From the NCBI GenBank assembly GCA_041167565.1, contig JBEEHU010000004.1, positions 10,699-74,698 on the forward strand: a DNA stretch of 64,000 bases, given 5' to 3'. Source of the stretch: Verrucomicrobiota bacterium. GTDB taxonomy: Bacteria > Verrucomicrobiota > Verrucomicrobiia > Chthoniobacterales > UBA10450. The translations under genes and the position numbers were made by a program. The notes beneath the pieces were generated by a model. That model was not told where the DNA came from. It searched no databases and saw nothing but the letters and a program-made list of their open reading frames with translations. This document shows positions 27,771 to 35,985 of the stretch, piece by piece (position 1 is the first letter of the stretch; each line of letters starts with the position of its first letter).

Positions 27771-29744
27771 ATGAAGAACCTTTGGAACGCCGCCGAAGCG
27801 GGCAAATGCGCCTCCGATTTAGAGCGGCGCGTTTACAGCTCCCGGTTGCTGGGCCGCGACGACACGCTGGTGCTCCACGGCGGCGGGAACACTTCGGTGA
27901 AGGTGAAGGAGCGAAATCTTTTCGGCGAGGAAGAGGAAATACTTTACGTGAAAGGCAGCGGCTGGGATTTGGAATCGATCACACCGGATGGGTTCACGCC
28001 GGTGCGGATGGCGCCTTTGCTCAAGCTCGCGCAACTCGATTCGTTGTCCGATCCGCAGATGGTGAACGAGCTGGCGGCGCACGTCACGCGCGCGAATGCG
28101 CCGGCGCCTTCCGTCGAAACAATTCTGCACGCGGTGCTGCCGCACAAGTTTGTCGATCACACCCACGCGGATGCCGTCCTCGCGATTACCAACACGGCTG
28201 ACGGCGAAGCGCGCATCCGCGAACTCTACGGCGACGATGTCGTGATTGTTCCGTACGTCATGCCGGGATTCGAGCTGGCGAAGACTTGCGCGAGAAAATT
28301 TCCCGCGGAGGCGAAGGCATCGACGAGCGGAATGGTTTTGCTCCAACACGGCATCTTCTCATTCGGAGCGACCGCCGAAGAATCCTACGGGCGCATGATC
28401 GCGTTGGTGGAGCGCGCGGAGAATTATTTGAAGAAAAAGGGAGCGTGGGAGCTGCCGCCGATGAGTCCTATAGGTCCGATAGGTCCTATGCGACATATGC
28501 CAGCGCTGCGATACAACATAGCCGTGGCCGCCGGCTTTCCGCTCGTGATGTCGGCTGTCCCGGATCCGAGATCGCTCGCCTTCGCGCGACGCGGCGACGT
28601 GCGCGAAATATCCCAACGAGGACCCGCGACCCCCGATCATATTCTGCGCACGAAACGCCTCCCTCTGCTCGGCCGCGACGTGAACGGCTACGTCACAGCC
28701 TACCGCGAATATTTCGCGCGCAATGTTTCGCGGGCAAAAGATTCGAAGACGATGCTCGATCCGGCGCCGCGGATCATTCTCGATCCGGAATTTGGCCTCT
28801 GTTCGGTCGGGCGCTCCGCGAAAGAGGCCGGGATAGCCCGCGATCTTTACTCGCATACCATCGACGTGATTTTGCGCGCGGAAGCGCTCGGCGGTTATCG
28901 CGCTCTTTCAGAAGAGGAACTGTTCGAGTTCGAATATTGGGACTTGGAGCAGGCGAAATTACGGCGCGCCGGCAAGCCGCCGGTTTTCGCGGGTGAAATC
29001 GCATTGGTCACCGGCGCCGCTTCGGGAATTGGCAAAGCATGTGTCGAAACTTTCCAGCAACGCGGAGCGGCCGTGATAGGTCTCGATGTCGATCCGCGCG
29101 TCGCGACCGAGGCCGATTCGCGTCCGGATTTTCTCGGGTTGCAATGCGACATCACTTCCGAGGAAGCCGTAGCCGCCGCTTTGGAAATGGCGGTGCGGAC
29201 TTATGGTGGGTTGGACATGCTCGTGTTGAACGCCGGTGTCTTTCCCGCCAGCCAGCCGATCGAAACTCTGGCGACCGAAGAATGGCGGCGGGTTTTCGCC
29301 GTTAACGTCGATGCTAATCTGACGCTGATGCGCGAATGTTATCCGCTGCTGAAGTTGGCCCCCGGAGGTGGCCGGGTTGTTGTCATCGGATCGAAAAACG
29401 TGGCTGCTCCGGGGCCTGGCGCTGCCGCTTACTCGGCGTCGAAAGCGGCGCTTACCCAACTGGCGCGGGTGGCTGCCCTGGAGTGGGGCCGCGCGGGCAT
29501 TCGAGTAAACACGCTGCATCCCAATGCGGTCTTCGACACAGCGATCTGGAGCGATGATGTGCTCAAGGCGCGCGCTGAGAGCTACGGCCTATCGGTTGAA
29601 GAGTACAAACGGAATAACGTTCTTAAGACAGAAGTGAGAAGCAGCGACGTCGCGGAATTGGCGGCCGACTTATGCGGACCCGCCTATGCGAAAACCACGG
29701 GTGCCCAGATTCCAGTCGATGGCGGGAACGAGCGAGTAATCTAG
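27771..29744 (+). CDS. bifunctional class II aldolase/adducin-domain + short-chain dehydrogenase fusion
   Basis: N-terminus VLHGGGNTSVK... and HTHADAVL (aldolase metal His). C-terminus TGAASGIGKA, NAG and YSASKAA (SDR). Confidence 0.8.
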   Translation: MKNLWNAAEAGKCASDLERRVYSSRLLGRDDTLVLHGGGNTSVKVKERNLFGEEEEILYVKGSGWDLESITPDGFTPVRMAPLLKLAQLDSLSDPQMVNELAAHVTRANAPAPSVETILHAVLPHKFVDHTHADAVLAITNTADGEARIRELYGDDVVIVPYVMPGFELAKTCARKFPAEAKASTSGMVLLQHGIFSFGATAEESYGRMIALVERAENYLKKKGAWELPPMSPIGPIGPMRHMPALRYNIAVAAGFPLVMSAVPDPRSLAFARRGDVREISQRGPATPDHILRTKRLPLLGRDVNGYVTAYREYFARNVSRAKDSKTMLDPAPRIILDPEFGLCSVGRSAKEAGIARDLYSHTIDVILRAEALGGYRALSEEELFEFEYWDLEQAKLRRAGKPPVFAGEIALVTGAASGIGKACVETFQQRGAAVIGLDVDPRVATEADSRPDFLGLQCDITSEEAVAAALEMAVRTYGGLDMLVLNAGVFPASQPIETLATEEWRRVFAVNVDANLTLMRECYPLLKLAPGGGRVVVIGSKNVAAPGPGAAAYSASKAALTQLARVAALEWGRAGIRVNTLHPNAVFDTAIWSDDVLKARAESYGLSVEEYKRNNVLKTEVRSSDVAELAADLCGPAYAKTTGAQIPVDGGNERVI

Positions 29745-29748
29745 CGAT

Positions 29749-30384
29749 CTACTCGCTGAAGAACGTCTCTTCCAGCTCGGTCGATAGCCAGTGATAGACG
29801 GGCAAATGCAGCTCCTGAATTTCCGCCACATCATCGGACGGGACTTTGATAGCGACGTCAGCCAACGGCGCCAGATCTCCGCCGGACCGGCCGGTGAGCG
29901 CGATTGATTTCACGCCAAACGCCTTCGCGACGAGCACCGCATTGGAAACACTCTTCGACCTTCCCGAAGTGCTGATCGCAAGCAGGACATCGCCCGGTCG
30001 CCCCAGGCCATAAACCTGTTGCGCAAAAATCATGTCGAAATCGAGATCATTGGCGATCGCGGTGATCAACGAGACTTGGGACGGCAGCGAAACCGCGGCC
30101 AGCGTTCCTTGCAGCCGAGCGGCGATCGCTCTTCCCGCGGAACCGGCGGCTTGTTCGAGCTGGGACGCATGCTCGGCGGAAATTGGCCGGCGTTTCAGAA
30201 AACCTTTCATCAACTCCGCCACGATGTGCTCGCTATCCGCGGCGCTTCCGCCATTGCCGCAAATCAGGAGTTTGTTTCCGCTGCGATAGGCCGTCACGAG
30301 CACGTCGAACGCGGCCGTGAGCTCGCTCTCGCAGGATTGCAGGATCGGATACCGCTTCAGCAGGAGCGAGAGACGTTCTTTCAT
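29749..30384 (-). CDS. SIS-domain protein (second GmhA/DiaA-like isomerase)
   Basis: ICGNGGSAADSEHIVAELMKGF and ISTSGRSKSV. Confidence 0.8.
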   Translation of the reverse strand: MKERLSLLLKRYPILQSCESELTAAFDVLVTAYRSGNKLLICGNGGSAADSEHIVAELMKGFLKRRPISAEHASQLEQAAGSAGRAIAARLQGTLAAVSLPSQVSLITAIANDLDFDMIFAQQVYGLGRPGDVLLAISTSGRSKSVSNAVLVAKAFGVKSIALTGRSGGDLAPLADVAIKVPSDDVAEIQELHLPVYHWLSTELEETFFSE

Positions 30385-30439
30385 GACAAGTTCGCGCCTA
30401 ACGAGTCGACGCCCCCTGAAATTCGCGCACTTTTCTAAA

Positions 30440-31339
30440 TTACTTTGTGTCGCCGCCCGGTCCCTTGATAAGCCACCGGAGCACGACCGAGAGCAAAGAG
30501 AGCGCGATGATCACTTCGGCCCAGAAGAACGCGAGGAAATCGCTCAGCGTTCCGATAGGCGGCGATCCCGGCTGGCTGTTGCGCAGCGCGGGAAATGCGA
30601 AGAGCAGCGCGCCCAGGAAGGAGAACATCGAGATCTCGATCTTGCGATGGCCGGCGAAGACGCGAAACACCAGGCAGAGCACGCCGATCGCCAGCGCCCA
30701 CATCGCGATCATGATGAACACGGAAAAGAAAACGGCCGTCGTCGCGCGCTGAATGCTGATATCGATGATCGTGTGATCCGGCTTGTTCTCCTTCGCGTAG
30801 TCGGTATCCATGCGCAGGCCGGCGACCGATCCACGCAGCTCTACCGCCACCGGGATCGATTCGTTTCCTGCGCTCTCGCCACCCTTCGCCGCCGGTTCGA
30901 AGAAGAACGACAGCTCGGCGGTGTGCGCGTCGAATGGATAATCCATCGGCTCGCCCTCGTAAATTTCGACGACCGCCTCGACGGGATTCATCCGTTTCCC
31001 CTTCTTGAATTCGTGCACGTTTTTGCCGGTGGCAGTGGCGACATACAGCTCGAGATCGCGCGCGAGCGTGGCGCCGTCCGCAGATGCGAACGAACCTTTT
31101 GGGGTGAACTCGAGGCGCACCACGACGTCGCCCTTTATCACATCGGCGGTCACGATCCGGCCGGACACGTCGATGCGGTTCTCGCCGGCTTTTTGCGTGT
31201 CCGCCTCGAGAAAGGCGGCGCGGTTCTCTCCTTCGCTTTTGTATTTAGTGAGAACAAAAACGTAAGCGCCGGCGAAAATGAGCAAAAGGACGACGGCGAA
31301 GAGTAAAGGTTTCTTGGATTTCGTGGGTTCTGCCAACAT
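30440..31339 (-). CDS. membrane protein (DUF4436-like by recollection)
   Basis: N-terminal TM helix, ~170-aa beta-rich region, three C-terminal helices and LRNSQPGSPPIGTLSDF. Confidence 0.55.
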   Translation of the reverse strand: MLAEPTKSKKPLLFAVVLLLIFAGAYVFVLTKYKSEGENRAAFLEADTQKAGENRIDVSGRIVTADVIKGDVVVRLEFTPKGSFASADGATLARDLELYVATATGKNVHEFKKGKRMNPVEAVVEIYEGEPMDYPFDAHTAELSFFFEPAAKGGESAGNESIPVAVELRGSVAGLRMDTDYAKENKPDHTIIDISIQRATTAVFFSVFIMIAMWALAIGVLCLVFRVFAGHRKIEISMFSFLGALLFAFPALRNSQPGSPPIGTLSDFLAFFWAEVIIALSLLSVVLRWLIKGPGGDTK

Positions 31340-31461
31340 GATTTGTTCCTCCGGATTTTGGTTGCCGAATGCTGGCGAGCGGCAGGACGGGTGACAAGCG
31401 TTTCTTTCTGATCGTTGATTTCGGCTTGACGCCTTTCGCGGCCTGTTAACAAACTCGGCGC

Positions 31462-31983
31462 ATGCAAATCCATATAGCGCGCGATGGAAAACAGCTCGGG
31501 CCTTTTACGCTGGAGGAAGTCAACCGCCAGCTGGCCGCCGGCACGTTGAGCCTTTCCGATAACGCCTGGTATGAAGGCGCTTCGGGGTGGGCGCCCTTGT
31601 CCAGTGTGCCGGGAGTCATCGGTGCTGCTCCAGGCAGCAGCTCGACCACGCCGACGGCCCCCATGCCAGCCGGTGGTCCGATTGTGCCGACGCCTCTGGT
31701 TCCAGCAGCTCCGACCGAGCCGCTTGCGATCTGGTCGCTCGTGCTCAGCCTCGTCGGGCTTCTGGGATTTTGTTGCGGCGGCCCGATCCTCGGGATTGGC
31801 GCGGTGGTTTGCGGACATCTCGCGATGTCAAAAATTAACGAAAAGCCTGAGTTGCAGGGCCGCGGCCTCGCGCTGGCCGGCTTGATCATCGGGTATTTCG
31901 CAATCGTTTCCTGGGCGCTCTATCTGATCTTTTTCGGTGGCCTGGCCGCGTTGCAGGGAATCCTCGAATCTTCGCACAAGTAG
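31462..31983 (+). CDS. GYF_2 (DUF4339) domain + DUF4190-like membrane protein
   Basis: MQIHIARDGKQLGPFTLEEVNRQLAAGTLSLSDNAWYEGASGWAPL, a Pro/Thr linker and two C-terminal helices with a CCGG..GH motif. Confidence 0.7.
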   Translation: MQIHIARDGKQLGPFTLEEVNRQLAAGTLSLSDNAWYEGASGWAPLSSVPGVIGAAPGSSSTTPTAPMPAGGPIVPTPLVPAAPTEPLAIWSLVLSLVGLLGFCCGGPILGIGAVVCGHLAMSKINEKPELQGRGLALAGLIIGYFAIVSWALYLIFFGGLAALQGILESSHK

Positions 31984-32050
31984 ATTGCCGGAAAGAAATT
32001 TTGGTAATTGCGTTGACATACATGCGCAGAAATTCGTAATGAGGAAAAAT

Positions 32051-32356
32051 ATGAAGCGACTAATATTCGGACTGCCCTTTGCCTTAACCGTCTCCAATTT
32101 GCTTGCGCAAACGGATTCACCCACTCCAAGTGACCTGAGTGGCGCAGCAGCCGCCGGCATTCTGGGCGGAGTGTGCATTTTCTACATTATCCTGATCGCC
32201 ATCTGGCTTTTCGTCGCGATCTGGATCATGCGCGATGCCAAGAAGCGCAACTCGCCGAACCGGACCCTCGTGACGGTTCTTGGATGGCTGGTCTGGCCCG
32301 TCGGTCTGATCGTGCACCTCGTCACCCGTCCGAAGACGATCCCGCCGAACCCGTAA
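32051..32356 (+). CDS. small membrane protein with PLDc_N-like motif
   Basis: Trimmed to MKRLIFGLPFALTVSNLLAQ (GAGGA lies 5 nt upstream). WIMRDAKKR...LVTVLGW...HLVTRPK. Paralog of the next gene. Confidence 0.6.
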   Translation: MKRLIFGLPFALTVSNLLAQTDSPTPSDLSGAAAAGILGGVCIFYIILIAIWLFVAIWIMRDAKKRNSPNRTLVTVLGWLVWPVGLIVHLVTRPKTIPPNP

Positions 32357-32519
32357 CAATATCTCAAGCAGTCTCGCGGCGGTGAACTGAAAGCGCCGCG
32401 ATCATCATCGAATCAATCGAATCGCCGCGGTTGCGCGTCCAGCCGCGGCGATTTCGTTTGGTTGGGATATTCTGCTAATTGCTTTGACTGTGCGGGCGGA
32501 AAATTCTAAGCATCCATCC

Positions 32520-32942
32520 ATGAAGCGAATCGTTTCCGGCCTTCCATTCTTTTTCACCGCGGCGACTCTGCTGGCGCAACGCGCCACCCCGAGCGTCACT
32601 CCGGACCGATCGCCCAGTGCCGAAGATGCCGCAGCGGTGGCCGCCGCGACCACCGGATTCATGGGACTCGGGTTCGCCTGTTGCGCTCTCTATTTTCTTT
32701 TGATTGCCGCCGGCGTCGGCGCCTGGATTTTCACGGCCATCTGGATCATGAAGGACGCGAAGAGCCGGCAATCGGAAAATGCCCAACTGGTGACGGTGCT
32801 GGGATGGATTCCCTTTACCTGGGTCATCGCGCTGATCGTGCATCTGGTCACGCGTCCGAAAGGCAATCTCGTCCCATGCCCGAACTGCCAGAAGAAGCGG
32901 ATGGAAGGCAGCGCGGTCTGCCCGCATTGCGGCCGCCCGTAA
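32520..32942 (+). CDS. small membrane protein with PLDc_N-like motif and C-terminal zinc ribbon
   Basis: MKRIVSGLPFFFTAATLLAQ..., WIMKDAKSR...LVTVLGW...HLVTRPK, then CPNCQKKRMEGSAVCPHCGRP. Confidence 0.65.
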   Translation: MKRIVSGLPFFFTAATLLAQRATPSVTPDRSPSAEDAAAVAAATTGFMGLGFACCALYFLLIAAGVGAWIFTAIWIMKDAKSRQSENAQLVTVLGWIPFTWVIALIVHLVTRPKGNLVPCPNCQKKRMEGSAVCPHCGRP

Positions 32943-33262
32943 AGAAACACCGGGCTTGGATTTGGATTGCGGCGGTTGCGATCGCAACGGCGGCGATTTG
33001 CGATTGGACCCGGCCGCCCGAGAAACAGGTTTCGGTTGTTCTTTACCGCGTCATCGTCATCGATGGCTATCGCCTGATCCTGCAACGTCCCGGCCGCTAT
33101 TTTATCCGGTGCCGGTTCCATCCCACGTGCTCCGCTTATTCGGAAGAAGCGGTGCGGGTGCACGGCTTTCCGAAAGGTCTTTGGCTGACGACATCGAGAT
33201 TGTTTCGCTGCATGCCATGGGTGCCGCTTGGGACCGAGGATCCCGTTCCGCCGCGGACGTAA
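32927..33262 (+). CDS. YidD-like membrane protein insertion efficiency factor, N-terminally extended
   Basis: CRFHPTCSAYSEEAVRVHGFPKGLWLTTSRLFRCMPW...DPVP is the YidD signature. There is no in-frame ATG near the domain. I propose TTG 32927, which would overlap the upstream gene by 16 nt. The start is uncertain. Confidence 0.6.
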   Translation: MRPPVKKHRAWIWIAAVAIATAAICDWTRPPEKQVSVVLYRVIVIDGYRLILQRPGRYFIRCRFHPTCSAYSEEAVRVHGFPKGLWLTTSRLFRCMPWVPLGTEDPVPPRT

Positions 33263-33313
33263 AGCGAGGAGAGAGAAGCGTGACAAGGATTACCGGAGGA
33301 TGTAGAAGGCGGC

Positions 33314-33844
33314 ATGAAAACAAAACTCGCTCTCGCGGTGGCGATAACTGCTTTGCTATCGCTCACTACGGCCGGGTCGCTCCAGGCCAAGACCATTGAG
33401 TTCCCGGAAAAAGATCCGGCGTTTACTTTTACGATCCCGGATTCATGGACCACGGAGACGGGAAAAGACGGCCGCATCTATTGCACCGCTGAAGATGGCT
33501 TCAAGGTCGGCGTAGTTTCCTCGCCCGGGGTTAAGAGCGCGGAGGACGCGAAAGCGCTGCTGCCGAAAATAATCAAAGGCATGGCAGACGCGATGAAGTG
33601 CGAGAATTATAAGCCAGGGGAAGTCCATGCGCGGGACTTGCGCAACATGTGGATGAGCGTGATGCAGGCGCGCTGTCAGTCGGAGGGGACGGATATGTCG
33701 TTGAACGCCGTTGTCTTTTCCCTTAGCCCCGGCAAGTATTTTTCGCTGGTGGGAGCCTCGACGACAGCACTCGATAAAGCGCACGACAAAGCGCACGACA
33801 AAGACATGAACGAACTGATTCGCTCGATCAAAGCCGTTGAATAA
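33314..33844 (+). CDS. secreted protein, possible PsbP/DcrB-like fold
   Basis: Signal peptide MKTKLALAVAITALLSLTTAGSLQA, then KTIEFPEKDPAFTFTIPDSWTTE. Paralog of 33969-34484. Confidence 0.65.
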   Translation: MKTKLALAVAITALLSLTTAGSLQAKTIEFPEKDPAFTFTIPDSWTTETGKDGRIYCTAEDGFKVGVVSSPGVKSAEDAKALLPKIIKGMADAMKCENYKPGEVHARDLRNMWMSVMQARCQSEGTDMSLNAVVFSLSPGKYFSLVGASTTALDKAHDKAHDKDMNELIRSIKAVE

Positions 33845-33858
33845 ACGCCGGGGAAAAC

Positions 33859-33926
33859 GAGGATGGAGAATAGAGGATAGAGTCCTATTTCTTCGGCATC
33901 CTCGATTCTCTATCCATCCTCTTCTC
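33859..33926. repeat. GAGGAT-word imperfect hairpin
   Basis: gaggatggagaatagaggatagag ... catcctcgattctctatccatcctcttctc. Lies directly after the stop of 33314-33844. Confidence 0.6.
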
Positions 33927-33968
33927 TACCGTGACCGGTAAACAAAATAACCAAGCTAACAGGACAAC

Positions 33969-34484
33969 ATGAGACTTACTCACATTACGATTGCCGCCTC
34001 TCTCTTTATCAGCGCCATCCTTCCTCTTCAGGCGAAAACGATCAAGTTCCCGGCCGACGATCCGGACTTTAGTTTCAAGTTGCCGGCAGGCTGGACGATG
34101 GAAGCGGACAAGGACGGCGATCTCGTTTGCAAATCGGGCGATGCGCCGGCCCTCACCCTCAACGTGAACAAGATGAACCAGGATTTTGCAAAGGTGAAAG
34201 AGCAGTTGTCCGATTTGGGGAAGACTTTCACGAAAGCGGCAAAGATGACGAACGTGGAATCGAAAGATCTCGGGGACGACACGAACAAGAACGGCGTCAA
34301 AGGATCGATCTACGTTGTAAAAGGCAAGTCGTCGGGCCAGGGCATCACGGCGGAGTTGTTGGCGATCGAGCCGAAAGATGGAGGCGACGCCTACTTCCTT
34401 ATGTTCAGCGGGCTCGCCACGGCGATGACCGCGCATGGCGATGATATCGGGTCGATCGTCGATTCCATCAAACCGCTGAAGTGA
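33969..34484 (+). CDS. secreted protein, paralog of 33314-33844
   Basis: Signal peptide ...ISAILPLQA, then KTIKFPADDPDFSFKLPAGWTME. Confidence 0.65.
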   Translation: MRLTHITIAASLFISAILPLQAKTIKFPADDPDFSFKLPAGWTMEADKDGDLVCKSGDAPALTLNVNKMNQDFAKVKEQLSDLGKTFTKAAKMTNVESKDLGDDTNKNGVKGSIYVVKGKSSGQGITAELLAIEPKDGGDAYFLMFSGLATAMTAHGDDIGSIVDSIKPLK

Positions 34485-34487
34485 AGC

Positions 34488-34516
34488 GAGGATGGAGGAT
34501 TGAGGATAGAGGATGG
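34488..34516. repeat. GAGGAT-word element (single arm)
   Basis: gaggatggaggattgaggatagaggatgg, immediately after the stop of 33969-34484. Same word family as 33859-33882. Confidence 0.55.
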
Positions 34517-34525
34517 CACCCGCGC

Positions 34526-35104
34526 CTAGCGCGGCCCAGCCTGCTCGATCTCGATGAGGTGCGGCATGAGCATCTCATTCGCGTGGCGAAGCGATTTGAA
34601 TAGCACCAGGTAAAAGGACCCGACCACGACCAGGAGCGCCGCCCCGCTCAGGAAATGATGCGAGCGGACGCGTTCCCAACGCGGCGCGAACGCAATCAGG
34701 CCGAACGCGGTCAGGACCACGATCACTCCGTCGAAGCTGGCTCGCTGCCAGTAGCTGCCGCCGAGATTGAGCCACATCCCGAACTCGTCGAAGGTCAATC
34801 CCATGGCCAGGCCGTAGAGGAGCGCCCAAAGCCCGCGTTTTTCTCGCGGAAACGGCGCGAAAAGCAGAACGGCCGCGGTGAGCGAGAGAAGGAAAATCCC
34901 GTAGTTGAGATGATGGACGTGCGTTCCGCCAGCGTGGAAGAACAGGTTCGGCATCCGGCGCGTCATGATGAGGATCACGCAGACGCGCGAGATCACGAAG
35001 GTGAGCAGGAACGCGACAAAGGTGAGCCGGGCCAGATGACGGATCGGGCGCGGCGGAGCGTTATGCTTCCGGGTCAGCTTCGTCTTGAGCTCGCTCCAAT
35101 TCAT
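34526..35104 (-). CDS. integral membrane protein, unknown function
   Basis: Trimmed to MNWSELKTKL. About 5 hydrophobic helices. Confidence 0.6.
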   Translation of the reverse strand: MNWSELKTKLTRKHNAPPRPIRHLARLTFVAFLLTFVISRVCVILIMTRRMPNLFFHAGGTHVHHLNYGIFLLSLTAAVLLFAPFPREKRGLWALLYGLAMGLTFDEFGMWLNLGGSYWQRASFDGVIVVLTAFGLIAFAPRWERVRSHHFLSGAALLVVVGSFYLVLFKSLRHANEMLMPHLIEIEQAGPR

Positions 35105-35118
35105 GGGTCTGTGAAGAG

Positions 35119-35135
35119 CCTCACACAAAGGTCAC
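35119..35135 (-). promoter_or_regulatory. copy 1 of the 17-nt motif GTGACCTTYGTGTGAGR
   Basis: The reverse complement reads gtgacctttgtgtgagg and ends 14 nt upstream of the ATG at 35104. Confidence 0.35.
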
Positions 35136-35152
35136 AAAGGGACGCGAAGGAC

Positions 35153-35309
35153 AAGAATTTTCTGATTTCTAACCGCGGATGACTCGGATGACTCAGATCG
35201 GGGAACTGTAGCCGCGGTCTATGAGCGTCGTCTTTCGAACAAGCTTTGGCGGTCATGGAGCGCTGCTGCATGGATTCCTTCCATCCGTGTAATCCGCGGT
35301 TAAATTCTT
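35153..35309. repeat. inverted repeat pair enclosing ~110 bp (MITE-like or long stem-loop)
   Basis: taaccgcggat (35170-35180) pairs perfectly with atccgcggtta (35292-35302). aagaatt (35153-35159) pairs with aattctt (35303-35309). The interior has a ggatgactc tandem. Confidence 0.45.
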
Positions 35310-35327
35310 CGTGTCTTAAAAAAAAGC

Positions 35328-35343
35328 TGGACAGATTTTTGCG
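35328..35343 (+). promoter_or_regulatory. candidate sigma-54 (-24/-12) promoter for the collar operon
   Basis: TGGacaG-attt-TTGCg with correct GG-N10-GC spacing, ~130 nt upstream of ATG 35474. A weak call. Confidence 0.25.
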
Positions 35344-35405
35344 CTCCAGATAACAACGACATCAGCGCCCCCCACAGGACGCTGTTTCGACGCGCGAGAC
35401 AGGAT

Positions 35406-35425
35406 GTGTTTTCTGGCGAAAACAC
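35406..35425 (+). other. perfect 8-bp hairpin in the putative 5' leader of the collar operon
   Basis: gtgttttc-tggc-gaaaacac, ~50 nt upstream of ATG 35474. Followed by an A-run, so not terminator-like. Confidence 0.35.
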
Positions 35426-35473
35426 CGCGAAAAAAGAACGAATCTCCCGCTAACCTCAACCGGCAAATCCACC

Positions 35474-35974
35474 ATGGCTGAACCATTCCTTTCCGAAATT
35501 AGAATCATGAGTTTCGATTTCGCGCCGAAAGGCTGGGCGCAATGCAACGGGCAACTGTTGCCGATCAACCAGAACCAGCCGCTTTTCTCACTCCTCGGCA
35601 CGACCTTCGGCGGCGATGGGCGAGTCAACTTCGCGCTGCCCGATCTTCGGGGAAACGTGCCGATCCATGTGGGCAGTGGTCACACGCTGGGAGAGAAAGG
35701 CGGCCAGCAGGCGCACACGATCACGAGCGCGGAAATGCCGACTCATACGCATCCTTGGAACGCCAACACCGCCGTCGGGACCGGTACTGCGCCCACGGGA
35801 GCGGTTTTGACTAAAGCTCCGGCAAATACGTACGCGGCGGCCGCTTCACTTGTCGCTTTGGCGCCAGCTACGATCTCGAATACGGGCGGCAGCCAGGCGC
35901 ATCTGAATATGCAACCGTTCCTGGTCCTGACTTTCTGCATCGCGCTCCAGGGAATCTTCCCGTCCCCAAACTAA
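35474..35974 (+). CDS. phage tail-collar domain protein (MdpB-like), paralog A
   Basis: MAEPFLSEIRIMSFDFAPKGWAQCNGQLLPINQNQPLFSLLGTTFGGDGRVNFALPDLRG ... GGSQAHLNMQPFL. Confidence 0.85.
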   Translation: MAEPFLSEIRIMSFDFAPKGWAQCNGQLLPINQNQPLFSLLGTTFGGDGRVNFALPDLRGNVPIHVGSGHTLGEKGGQQAHTITSAEMPTHTHPWNANTAVGTGTAPTGAVLTKAPANTYAAAASLVALAPATISNTGGSQAHLNMQPFLVLTFCIALQGIFPSPN

Positions 35975-35985
35975 GGAGAAAACTT

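Noticed and set aside
28467-28489. 9-nt tandem cctataggt/ccgataggt encoding PIGPIGP in the aldolase-SDR fusion
   Set aside because: It is a short in-frame slippage in the inter-domain linker, with no evidence of wider significance.
30317-31306. 329-aa plus-strand ORF overlapping the membrane-protein gene 30440-31339
   Set aside because: The translation is an R/E/D/H low-complexity string. The minus-strand frame gives a coherent membrane protein with clear TM helices.
34521-34535. ccgcgc-cta-gcgcgg 6-bp GC hairpin overlapping the stop codon of 34526-35104
   Set aside because: It is too short, and such hairpins are common in GC-rich DNA. It may contribute to termination but is not separately supportable.
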